Of a stretch of DNA of 64,000 bases, positions 49,581 to 57,530 are shown one piece after another; within the stretch, counting starts at the first letter, position 1; every line of letters starts with the position of its first letter. The stretch is from an uncultured virus (IMG/VR IMGVR_UViG_3300020465_000007). Taxonomy: Duplodnaviria; Heunggongvirae; Uroviricota; Caudoviricetes. Below the pieces are notes generated by a model. That model made no database searches. It worked only from the letters and a program-made list of their open reading frames with translations, and had not been told where the DNA came from. A program made the translations under genes and the position numbers. The stretch lies in the IMG/VR virus record IMGVR_UViG_3300020465_000007; one strand, given 5' to 3'.

Positions 49581-49760
49581 ATGCCTAAATTCAGAGTAGT
49601 AAAACAACAATATACAGGATCAGATGCAGTTTATGTTGCACAATTGAGTGGCAGTAATGACCAATTGTATGAATATAATGTTGAGGACACCGCATATAGA
49701 AAAATGATAGAATTAGAGGCTGCTGATACAAATAGAAAGTATAAAGTTATAGAAATTTAA
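49581..49760 (+). CDS. 59-aa protein missing from the ORF track
   Basis: MPKFRVVKQQYTGSDAVYVAQLSGSNDQLYEYNVEDTAYRKMIELEAADTNRKYKVIEI, with SD AAGGAG and its own promoter-like motif. Confidence 0.75.
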   Translation: MPKFRVVKQQYTGSDAVYVAQLSGSNDQLYEYNVEDTAYRKMIELEAADTNRKYKVIEI

Positions 49761-49800
49761 AAAAAAGTCTTAAAAAAATACATTTTGGGATTTTTAAGTT

Positions 49801-49808
49801 ATATTTAT
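49801..49808 (+). promoter_or_regulatory. ATATTTAT putative late-promoter motif
   Basis: Context CATTTTGGGATTTTTAAGTTATATTTAT, similar to the context before thyX. Confidence 0.5.
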
Positions 49809-49855
49809 TAAAGTAATTCACAATAACATAATAACAAAATTATAGGAGTTATATT

Positions 49856-50164
49856 ATGGCAGAAGAAATTAAATTCACCGAAGATGAACTAAAGTCTCTT
49901 GGAGAGTTAAGAGATACATACGGAAAAGTTCAACAAGATTTTGGTGCATTGAAAGTTAGACGCTTGGTTTTAGATCAACAATTAGAAGAGTTGGATAATG
50001 CTGATGATGCTGTTCACAAAGCTTATACGGACAACCAAGAAACCGAAAGGAAATTGGTAGAGGAGTTGAATGAAAAATATGGTCCAGGTTCATTGAATCC
50101 TGAGACAGGAGTTTTCACACCAGCACCACAACCAGAAGCTGAGGAAGCACCAGCAGAATCATAA
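49856..50164 (+). CDS. Acidic coiled-coil protein upstream of the sheath
   Basis: 102 aa, SD AGGAG, C-terminal KYG.GSLNPETGVF. Confidence 0.75.
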   Translation: MAEEIKFTEDELKSLGELRDTYGKVQQDFGALKVRRLVLDQQLEELDNADDAVHKAYTDNQETERKLVEELNEKYGPGSLNPETGVFTPAPQPEAEEAPAES

Positions 50165-50226
50165 ACTTCTCTCGTTGTTGTGTGATTAACACACAAAATT
50201 TTAATTAATTTAATTGGGAGAATAAC

Positions 50227-52545
50227 ATGAGTGAAAGAATAGTAAGTCCTGGTGTATTTACACGAGAAAAGGACTTATCATTTCTACCACAAGGTATTGC
50301 TGAAATTGGAGCAGCGATAATAGGACCTACATCTAAAGGACCTGCTTTCGTACCTACTCAAGTAACGAGTTTTGCACAATTTGAGAATATTTTTGGTGGA
50401 TTAACAACTGATTACTATGTACCTTATACAGTACAAGAGTATATCAAAAATGCACCGACAGTAACTATTGTTCGTGTAATGGGATTGGGTGGTTATCAAC
50501 ACGAATCCGTTTCATTAGTAATGGATGGTGAGGTTGCCGCAGTAATCAAACCAAGTGCTGGTGCTCAAGCACAAGACTTTTCTGCTGCTTCTGTAACTGC
50601 TGCTACCAAAGCATCATTAGTAATATCACTTACAGATGGTGGTGGGGCAACAGGATATAGTGCTTCTTTAGATCCAACATCAGATAGCTATATTACTAAA
50701 GTATTTGGAACTGATCCTAAAAGTTCAAACGCTAAAGGATATGTTTATAAAAACTTTAGATCCTTTCAAGGTTCACAGGCATCAAATTCTGTAGTTACTG
50801 TAGCTTTCAATAACAGTATTGGTGAGAATTTTAAGTTTGATTATAATAATGCAGCTACACCATATATCATTTCACAGAAAGTTGGTGGAACTGCTAAAAA
50901 TCTATTTAAGATTAAAACTCGTTCACATGGTGAAGATGTAAATACTAAATTTAAGATTGCTGTTTCTGATTTAGCTGCTGCAGGTACTGTTCCTGGTAGT
51001 GATTATTCTTCTTTCTCATTGAAAGTATTAAGAAATAATCCAGGTCAAACCAATGATGGTGAAGTATTAGAACAATGGGCTAACTTGAATTTTGATGAAG
51101 ATTCTGTAAATTATCTACCAAGAGCCATTGGTGATAGATATGTAACAATAGATTCAGAAGGTAAATTAACCTATAATGGTGATTGGCCAAATAAATCAGT
51201 TCATATTTATGTAAGTGATTATAGTACAAATTTACAAGGTGTTGATGAAGCAATAGTACCTCATGGTTTTTCTGCTGTATCACATCCTGTAACAGGTTCA
51301 GCAATTCCAACTGCTAGTTTTGTAACTGCACAGACCAATACATTAGGTGTATTTGACCAAAATGTATATTATGGTTGGAATTTCAGTGCAACTGCTTATG
51401 ATAACCAACAATATCTTGCACCTATTCCAAGTAATGTAAGTGCTGGTGCGAATGTTGCTTTCTCATTAGAAAATATGTTAGGTGATGCTGGTGCTAGTGC
51501 AATTGGTGCTGATACATTTTCTGATGCAGCTGAAGCTATTACACTAACACTATCTGCAAAACAACAGAGAAAATTTGTTGTTCCATTTCAAGGTGGATTT
51601 GATGGAGTTGATCCAACAGTATTGAAGAAAACTGGTGGTGATATAGCTGCAAATAATACACAAGGATTGGATTGTAGTGGTGCTAATAATAGTGGTTCAA
51701 TTGGATACAAAAGAGCTATAAATGCTGTTTCAAATCCAGATGAATTTGATATTAATCTATTAGTAACACCTGGTATTATACATGAATATCATAGTGGAGT
51801 TTCTAAACATGCTATATCAAAAGTTGAACAGAGAGCAGATGCTTTCTATGTGATGGATGGTTCAAGATGGGGTAGAAGTGTAACAAATGCAGTTGCAGAT
51901 GTAAATGGTATTGATACCAATTATGCTGCTGTATATTATCCCTGGGTTAAAATACTTGATTCAGTAAAAAATAAACCAATGTGGGTTCCGCCTTCTGTTG
52001 TATTACCTGGTGTAATATCTTTTACAGATAGTGTAGCACATGAGTGGTTTGCACCTGCTGGTTTGAATCGTGGTGGTTTAGGTTCAGTATTAGAAGCTAA
52101 AACAAGATTGACACATACCGAAAGAGATGATTTGTATGAAGGTAGAGTTAATCCAATTGCTTCATTTCCTGGACAAGGTGTTGTTGTTTTCGGACAAAAA
52201 ACACTACAAGGTAAACCATCTGCATTGGATAGAATCAATGTAAGAAGATTGTTAATTAGACTTCGTAAGTTTATTGCAAGTTCTTCAAGATTCTTAGTCT
52301 TTGAACAAAACACTGCTGCTACTCGTAACAGATTCTTAGGAATAGTTAATCCATTCTTAGAATCAGTTCAAGCAAATAGTGGTTTGTCAGCATTTAAAGT
52401 GGTAATGGATGATTCCAATAACACTCCAGATGTTGTAGATAGAAACCAATTGGTCGGACAAATCTTTATTCAACCTACAAGAACTGCTGAGTTCATTGTG
52501 TTGGATTTTGTAATCTTACCTACTGGAGCTGCGTTCCCAGAGTAA
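50227..52545 (+). CDS. gp18: Contractile tail sheath protein
   Basis: SPGVFTREKD, YYPWVK, WFAPAGLNRG, VVFGQKTL, LDRINVRRL, FEQN, IQPTRTAEFI.LDF motifs. Confidence 0.96.
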   Translation: MSERIVSPGVFTREKDLSFLPQGIAEIGAAIIGPTSKGPAFVPTQVTSFAQFENIFGGLTTDYYVPYTVQEYIKNAPTVTIVRVMGLGGYQHESVSLVMDGEVAAVIKPSAGAQAQDFSAASVTAATKASLVISLTDGGGATGYSASLDPTSDSYITKVFGTDPKSSNAKGYVYKNFRSFQGSQASNSVVTVAFNNSIGENFKFDYNNAATPYIISQKVGGTAKNLFKIKTRSHGEDVNTKFKIAVSDLAAAGTVPGSDYSSFSLKVLRNNPGQTNDGEVLEQWANLNFDEDSVNYLPRAIGDRYVTIDSEGKLTYNGDWPNKSVHIYVSDYSTNLQGVDEAIVPHGFSAVSHPVTGSAIPTASFVTAQTNTLGVFDQNVYYGWNFSATAYDNQQYLAPIPSNVSAGANVAFSLENMLGDAGASAIGADTFSDAAEAITLTLSAKQQRKFVVPFQGGFDGVDPTVLKKTGGDIAANNTQGLDCSGANNSGSIGYKRAINAVSNPDEFDINLLVTPGIIHEYHSGVSKHAISKVEQRADAFYVMDGSRWGRSVTNAVADVNGIDTNYAAVYYPWVKILDSVKNKPMWVPPSVVLPGVISFTDSVAHEWFAPAGLNRGGLGSVLEAKTRLTHTERDDLYEGRVNPIASFPGQGVVVFGQKTLQGKPSALDRINVRRLLIRLRKFIASSSRFLVFEQNTAATRNRFLGIVNPFLESVQANSGLSAFKVVMDDSNNTPDVVDRNQLVGQIFIQPTRTAEFIVLDFVILPTGAAFPE

Positions 52546-52574
52546 GTCTAACTTATACATATAAACGCATTGAG

Positions 52575-52604
52575 AAGCCCCACTTTTTAGTGGGGTTTTT
52601 CTTT
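52575..52604 (+). terminator. Intrinsic terminator after the sheath gene
   Basis: AAGCCCCACT-TTTT-AGTGGGGTTT followed by TTCTTT. Confidence 0.88.
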
Positions 52605-52673
52605 ATATAAAATAACTTCAAAAAAACTTCTAATAATGATGTAAAACCACTATTCATTTTTTTTTAAAATCTT

Positions 52674-52681
52674 ATATTTAT
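52674..52681 (+). promoter_or_regulatory. ATATTTAT putative late-promoter motif
   Basis: After the terminator and before the tube gene SD GGAG. Confidence 0.55.
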
Positions 52682-52716
52682 TATTGTATAATATAACCAA
52701 ACTTTTGGAGAATATA

Positions 52717-53208
52717 ATGGCTGATATTTTAAATGCAGACGAAATCTTTTTTACCCCGTTTGAACCGAAAACAAAAAATCGGTTCGTTATGTACATTGAG
52801 GGTATTCCATCTTATTTTGTAAAAACAATGGCCAGACCATCTATTACTTTTGAAGAAATAGCGTTAAACCATATCAATACTACAAGATATATTAAAGGTA
52901 AGGGAACATGGGAAACAATGGAAGTATCATTGTATGATCCAATCGTTCCAAGTGGTGCTCAAGCAGTAATGGAATGGGTAAGACTACATAAAGAATCTGT
53001 TACAGGTCGTGATGGATATAGTGACTTTTACAAGAAAGAAATTAAATTTAATCTTTTAGGTCCAGTTGGTGATAAGGTTGAGGAATGGGTATTGAAAGGT
53101 GCTTTCTTAACTGCTGCTAACTTTAATGACTTATCTATGGATGATGGTGCAGCTGTAGCGGATATATCATTAACTATCCGTTATGATTATGCTATCCTAT
53201 CTTTCTAA
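52717..53208 (+). CDS. gp19: Tail tube protein (gp19-like)
   Basis: Start reassigned to ATG 52717 after GGAG; NRF, RP..TFEEI, W....V.LYDP, YKK.I....L.P.GD.VEEW.LKGAF, LTIRYD; follows the sheath. Confidence 0.9.
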   Translation: MADILNADEIFFTPFEPKTKNRFVMYIEGIPSYFVKTMARPSITFEEIALNHINTTRYIKGKGTWETMEVSLYDPIVPSGAQAVMEWVRLHKESVTGRDGYSDFYKKEIKFNLLGPVGDKVEEWVLKGAFLTAANFNDLSMDDGAAVADISLTIRYDYAILSF

Positions 53209-53217
53209 GAGGTAAGT

Positions 53218-53427
53218 ATGAGTTTTATAAGAGAAATGTTGTCAAGCGATGCGAAGGTGTCATCCAAAAGGGCTGTCGGGTTCGCATCGTTTTTCATGTT
53301 AATATGTTGTTGGGGTGCAGATACCTTTACAGCATTTGAGGTCAAAGACAAAATATTAGAATGTTTTATGTATATATCCGTTGTCGGATTAGGAGTAACA
53401 GCTGCAGAAAAGTTTGGTAAAAAATAG
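53218..53427 (+). CDS. Small two-transmembrane protein (holin-like)
   Basis: 69 aa, SD GAGG, SSKR followed by two hydrophobic segments and a basic C-terminus. Confidence 0.55.
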   Translation: MSFIREMLSSDAKVSSKRAVGFASFFMLICCWGADTFTAFEVKDKILECFMYISVVGLGVTAAEKFGKK

Positions 53428-53495
53428 AAGTTCTTTCTATTTATTAATATAGTTATAAATTAAAATAGGTTTTAACACTCACAAGGAGAATACAA

Positions 53496-54272
53496 ATGTC
53501 AGAACAAAAGTACGCATTTCCAACGGAAGTGCTATCATTGCCGTCTAAAGGTTTATTATACCCAAAAGACCACCCACTATCATCTGGTGAAATAGATGTA
53601 AAATACATGACCGCTAAAGAAGAAGATATATTAACATCATCAAATCTAATTGAAAAGGGTTTAGTGATTGATAGATTATTGGAATCAGTTATTGCAGATC
53701 CAAAAGTTAAATTAGGTGACTTATTAATTGGAGATAAGAATGCTTTAATGGTTGGAACAAGAGTATTGGGTTATGGTAAAGACTATGTAGTTAATATGAC
53801 AGATCCAGATACTACATTAGAAGTTGAACATTCATTTGATTTAACTAAATTAAATCACAAAAAGGTTGATGAAAAATTATTCAAAAGTGGCGAGAATAAA
53901 TTTGAATTTGAATTACCTAATACTAAAAGAAAACTTGAATTCAAACTTTTAACACATAATGATGAAAAGAATATTGATAAAGAATTAAAGGCTTTAACTA
54001 AATTATCAAAAGTTACTGGTATTGATAATACATTAACTACAAGATTAAAAACTCAAATAATTTCAGTAGATGGTGAAACTGATAGGGAAAAAATTAATGA
54101 TTTTGTTGATAATCAATTTTTAGCATTAGATACTCGTGCATTCCGTAAATATATAGAAAAAATTACACCTGATATAAATTTCAAAGTAGAATATGAAAGT
54201 CAAATAGGAGAAACCCACACGGTAGAAGTACCGATAGGGATTCGATTTTTTTGGCCTGACTCCGAGCTATAA
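53496..54272 (+). CDS. Baseplate hub assembly / tail assembly chaperone (gp26-like)
   Basis: LPSKG..Y, MTAKEEDIL, L.IGD..AL....R..GYG, terminal FFWP; lies between tube and tape measure. Confidence 0.8.
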   Translation: MSEQKYAFPTEVLSLPSKGLLYPKDHPLSSGEIDVKYMTAKEEDILTSSNLIEKGLVIDRLLESVIADPKVKLGDLLIGDKNALMVGTRVLGYGKDYVVNMTDPDTTLEVEHSFDLTKLNHKKVDEKLFKSGENKFEFELPNTKRKLEFKLLTHNDEKNIDKELKALTKLSKVTGIDNTLTTRLKTQIISVDGETDREKINDFVDNQFLALDTRAFRKYIEKITPDINFKVEYESQIGETHTVEVPIGIRFFWPDSEL

Positions 54273-54447
54273 GAAAGTAGTTCATGAGGAGATTTTTCTC
54301 CTCTGCCATCATTCAAATGGGTTTATACAATCTGATGTATACAACCTACCAGTTTATTTAAGAAAATTCTATTTAAAACAATTAGTTGATTTAAAGGAAA
54401 AAGAAAATAAGGCACATCAAGACGCTCAAAAGAAATCTCGCAGATAG
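54247..54447 (+). CDS. Start-less +1-frame extension of the tail chaperone (probable frameshift product)
   Basis: FFGLTPSYKKVVHEEIFLLCHHSNGFIQSDVYNLPVYLRKFYLKQL...RR*; frame opens after TAG 54235-54237, has no ATG, and overlaps the T7 run at 54246-54252. Confidence 0.7.
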   Translation, partial: FFGLTPSYKKVVHEEIFLLCHHSNGFIQSDVYNLPVYLRKFYLKQLVDLKEKENKAHQDAQKKSRR

Positions 54448-54474
54448 ATTACTTGTGTAAAATTATGATTTTTG

Positions 54475-54482
54475 ATATTTAT
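54475..54482 (+). promoter_or_regulatory. ATATTTAT putative late-promoter motif
   Basis: Intergenic, upstream of ORF 54519 and the tape measure gene. Confidence 0.5.
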
Positions 54483-54518
54483 TATTGAATACTTCCATTC
54501 AATTAAAAGGACAATATT

Positions 54519-54704
54519 ATGAGTAAATTACAAGAAAATATGAAAAAATTACAAAAAGAAGGTATTTTAGATAAAGTTCTTAAAGCTATCACCAAACAGT
54601 TAAATAAAATGAGTGATGCACAATTTCAAAAGGCTAAAGCAAAATATAATAGAGAGACAGCTGGATTTTTAAAAACACTTAGAGATGCAGGTCATGACAT
54701 CTAG
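54519..54704 (+). CDS. Small basic helical hypothetical protein
   Basis: 61 aa, AAGGA upstream, just before the tape measure gene. Confidence 0.6.
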   Translation: MSKLQENMKKLQKEGILDKVLKAITKQLNKMSDAQFQKAKAKYNRETAGFLKTLRDAGHDI

Positions 54705-54721
54705 TAAATTAGAGATATTAA

Positions 54722-57520
54722 ATGGCTAAAAAACCTGGAGATGGTAGAAAAGATAATTGGGATGATATCAGATTACGCCGTATACAAGATGAAAGAAAAG
54801 AAGAGGAAAGACTTGCAAAGGAAAAAGAATCTGCTGATAAAAGTAGAGAACAAAGAGCTAAAACCTATGAAAGACTTGAGTCAGAGGTAACTAAACAAAA
54901 AAAAGAACAAGCTAAACTAGACGATATACTTGTAGGTAATGCTAAAGAAAAATTTGCCATAGATCAAAAAATAGCAATTGTAGCAGCTGAACTAAAAAGA
55001 TTAAATGAATTAGGAGAAAAGGCAAGTCAAACAGATATACTGAATGTTAAGAAAAGACTAGCTGAATTAAAAGAATCTAAAAAGGTAGTGGATTCCATAA
55101 ACAATGCTCAATTAGAAAGTTTAGAACATGCGGATAAAGAAGCGGTATTGTTATATGATATAAAGTCTAATAAGAAACAAGTACAAAAAATAGATAAACA
55201 TATTAATGATTTAAAATCTGGTAGACTAGATTTATCAAAAGAAGAGACAAAAAAATTATTAAAACAGGCAGAAGCTCAAAAAGGATTATTAGAAAGTAAT
55301 ATAGAGTTAGCTAATGTTACTCAACAAAATCAGAAGATTTTAGATAAGGGTTTAGGAGTATTAAACTTATCGGTGGGTGCCTTACAAGGTATGGTTGCTA
55401 GTGCTAAAGCATTTACAACCGCTATGGCGGCAAATCCAATAATGTTTGCATTAACTATTGCTTTGGCGGGAGCATTATTACTATTTGGAGATATTGTAGG
55501 TAGGGCTAAAGATTTACAAGATAATATGGGTGGTAGTGCAACTCAATCTGTTAAAATGTCAAATGAATTAAAGGTTACTGATAAATATTTAAAAATGATT
55601 GGGGTTAATTCTGGTAATGTTGCTAATGCTATTGGTGAAAATTTTGGTACATTGAGTAATGTAACAGCTGATAATGTAAAGAATATTGGAGAAATGGAAC
55701 GGACATTAGGTATTGCCTCTACCGACACCGCTAAGTTTGCAAAATTATTTTCATCATTAACTGGTGAAACTTTGAATGCGGGTGTAAATACTGCTAAGAT
55801 GGCAGCTAGTTTAGCTCAATCAAATGATGTTGCACCAGGAAAAGTAATGGCTGATATAGCTTCAAGTACAGAAGAATTTGCTGCATATGGAAAAGATGGT
55901 GGTAAGAATATAATTGATGCAGCTATTGCGGCTAGAAAATTGGGATTAGAACTTAAAACTCTAACTAGAATTTCAGATACTTTATTAGACTTTGAATCTT
56001 CCATACAAAGTGAAATGGAAGCCTCAATGTTAATTGGTAAACAATTAAATTATAATAAGGCTAGGGAACTTGCTTTACAAGGTGATATTGCTGGAGCTGC
56101 AAAAGATGTTATGAAACAGATTGGTGGGGCAGCAGAATTCCAAAAATTAAATGTAGTACAAAGAAAGAAACTTGCTGCATCTATTGGGGTATCAGTAGAT
56201 GAAATGAGTAAATTAGCCAGTGGTGAATTGAAGATAAAAGATGATAAAACTGATTTATCAAAAAATACAGATCAGTTAATGGAATCAATTGGTGCTATGG
56301 GTAAGTTGACTATTGCAATAGGAGTATTGACTGCAGCAATGGCTGTTAAGGCGGGAATGGATTTCTTTGGTGGTAGAGGTGGTAGAGGTAGTAGATTACC
56401 TAGAGGTGCACCTCAATCTGGAGTTAGAGGTAGTAGACTTAATCCTATGAATTGGGGAAAAACTAGAAATTCAGGTGGTAACATAAGAGTTAATAGTAAA
56501 GCTGGTTACTTACAAAGAGGTTTTACTGCAATAAAAGAAATGAAAAATCCATTAGCTGGTTCTGGTGGTAGAATAATGGATAGTATAAGAAATATAAAAA
56601 ATCCATTAGCTGGTATGAAAAATCCATTATCTGGTGGTGGAGCAAAAGCAATGGATTTTGCTGGTGATATGTTTTCAATGAAAAATATGAAAGGTTTACT
56701 AAGTAAGGGTAAATTTAGTATTGGTGGTTTGGCAGCGGGTTTATTAATAGATCCAATTAAAAACGCATTTACGGAAGAAGGAAGTGTTATGAATAAAATG
56801 TTGTCAGTTGCAGATAAGACTGCGACTTACGCTGGATTAGGTGGAATGGGTGGTGCTGCAGTTGGTTCAGTAGTTCCTGTTGCTGGTAATATTTCTGCTG
56901 GAGCTATTGGTGCTATAGGTGGTGGTCTAACTGGTTTTGGTATTGGTATGTGGGAAGAATTTGGTGGAGAACTTAAAAATTGGTGGAGTGGTGAGTCTAA
57001 AACAGTAGAGGCAGCATCTAAGGCAAATCAAGAAGTTATTAAAAAAGTAGCACAAGTAGTACAAACAGGTCCTATGCAAGGTCCTCCAGTACCACCTGCA
57101 GAATTGACAGAAGTACAAAAAGCACAAGCTGCTATTGCTGAAAAACAAGCAATTTTTGAGGCAGAACAAAAAGCTATTGCGGCAGAAGAAGAAAAGAGAC
57201 TTCTGGAGGAAAGGGCAAGACTTGAAGAAGAAAGACAGGCGACACTTGCAGCAGAAAAAGCAATATTAGAACAACAATTACAACTTCAAGATTTAAACAG
57301 TAAATTAGAACAAGCAAGAGCTAATGAAGCTAATGCTGCAGCTTCAATAGCTAAATATTCAGACCCTGAAACTAAACAAGTTCTTTCTGAGAAAAGTCAA
57401 AAACAAAGAATGAAAATGTTTGAAAGACAACTAGAACAATCACAAAGGAATCAGGATCAATTAATAGCTGCGATAGAAAAATTAAATAAAACAACCGCAA
57501 ATTTAGCAGATAACTCATAA
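54722..57520 (+). CDS. Tape measure protein
   Basis: 932 aa helical, Ala/Lys/Gly-rich with hydrophobic stretches; LLDFESSI..EMEAS.L.G.QLN..KARELAL.GD; located after tube and chaperone. Confidence 0.82.
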   Translation: MAKKPGDGRKDNWDDIRLRRIQDERKEEERLAKEKESADKSREQRAKTYERLESEVTKQKKEQAKLDDILVGNAKEKFAIDQKIAIVAAELKRLNELGEKASQTDILNVKKRLAELKESKKVVDSINNAQLESLEHADKEAVLLYDIKSNKKQVQKIDKHINDLKSGRLDLSKEETKKLLKQAEAQKGLLESNIELANVTQQNQKILDKGLGVLNLSVGALQGMVASAKAFTTAMAANPIMFALTIALAGALLLFGDIVGRAKDLQDNMGGSATQSVKMSNELKVTDKYLKMIGVNSGNVANAIGENFGTLSNVTADNVKNIGEMERTLGIASTDTAKFAKLFSSLTGETLNAGVNTAKMAASLAQSNDVAPGKVMADIASSTEEFAAYGKDGGKNIIDAAIAARKLGLELKTLTRISDTLLDFESSIQSEMEASMLIGKQLNYNKARELALQGDIAGAAKDVMKQIGGAAEFQKLNVVQRKKLAASIGVSVDEMSKLASGELKIKDDKTDLSKNTDQLMESIGAMGKLTIAIGVLTAAMAVKAGMDFFGGRGGRGSRLPRGAPQSGVRGSRLNPMNWGKTRNSGGNIRVNSKAGYLQRGFTAIKEMKNPLAGSGGRIMDSIRNIKNPLAGMKNPLSGGGAKAMDFAGDMFSMKNMKGLLSKGKFSIGGLAAGLLIDPIKNAFTEEGSVMNKMLSVADKTATYAGLGGMGGAAVGSVVPVAGNISAGAIGAIGGGLTGFGIGMWEEFGGELKNWWSGESKTVEAASKANQEVIKKVAQVVQTGPMQGPPVPPAELTEVQKAQAAIAEKQAIFEAEQKAIAAEEEKRLLEERARLEEERQATLAAEKAILEQQLQLQDLNSKLEQARANEANAAASIAKYSDPETKQVLSEKSQKQRMKMFERQLEQSQRNQDQLIAAIEKLNKTTANLADNS

Positions 57521-57530
57521 GGAAATTAAA

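Noticed and set aside
50178..50196. TTGTGTG/CACACAA hairpin as a terminator before the sheath gene
   Set aside because: Weak 7-bp stem not immediately followed by a U-tract; function cannot be supported.
56540..56640. Three KNPL[AS]G repeats in the tape measure gene
   Set aside because: Short internal repeats are ordinary for tape measure proteins.
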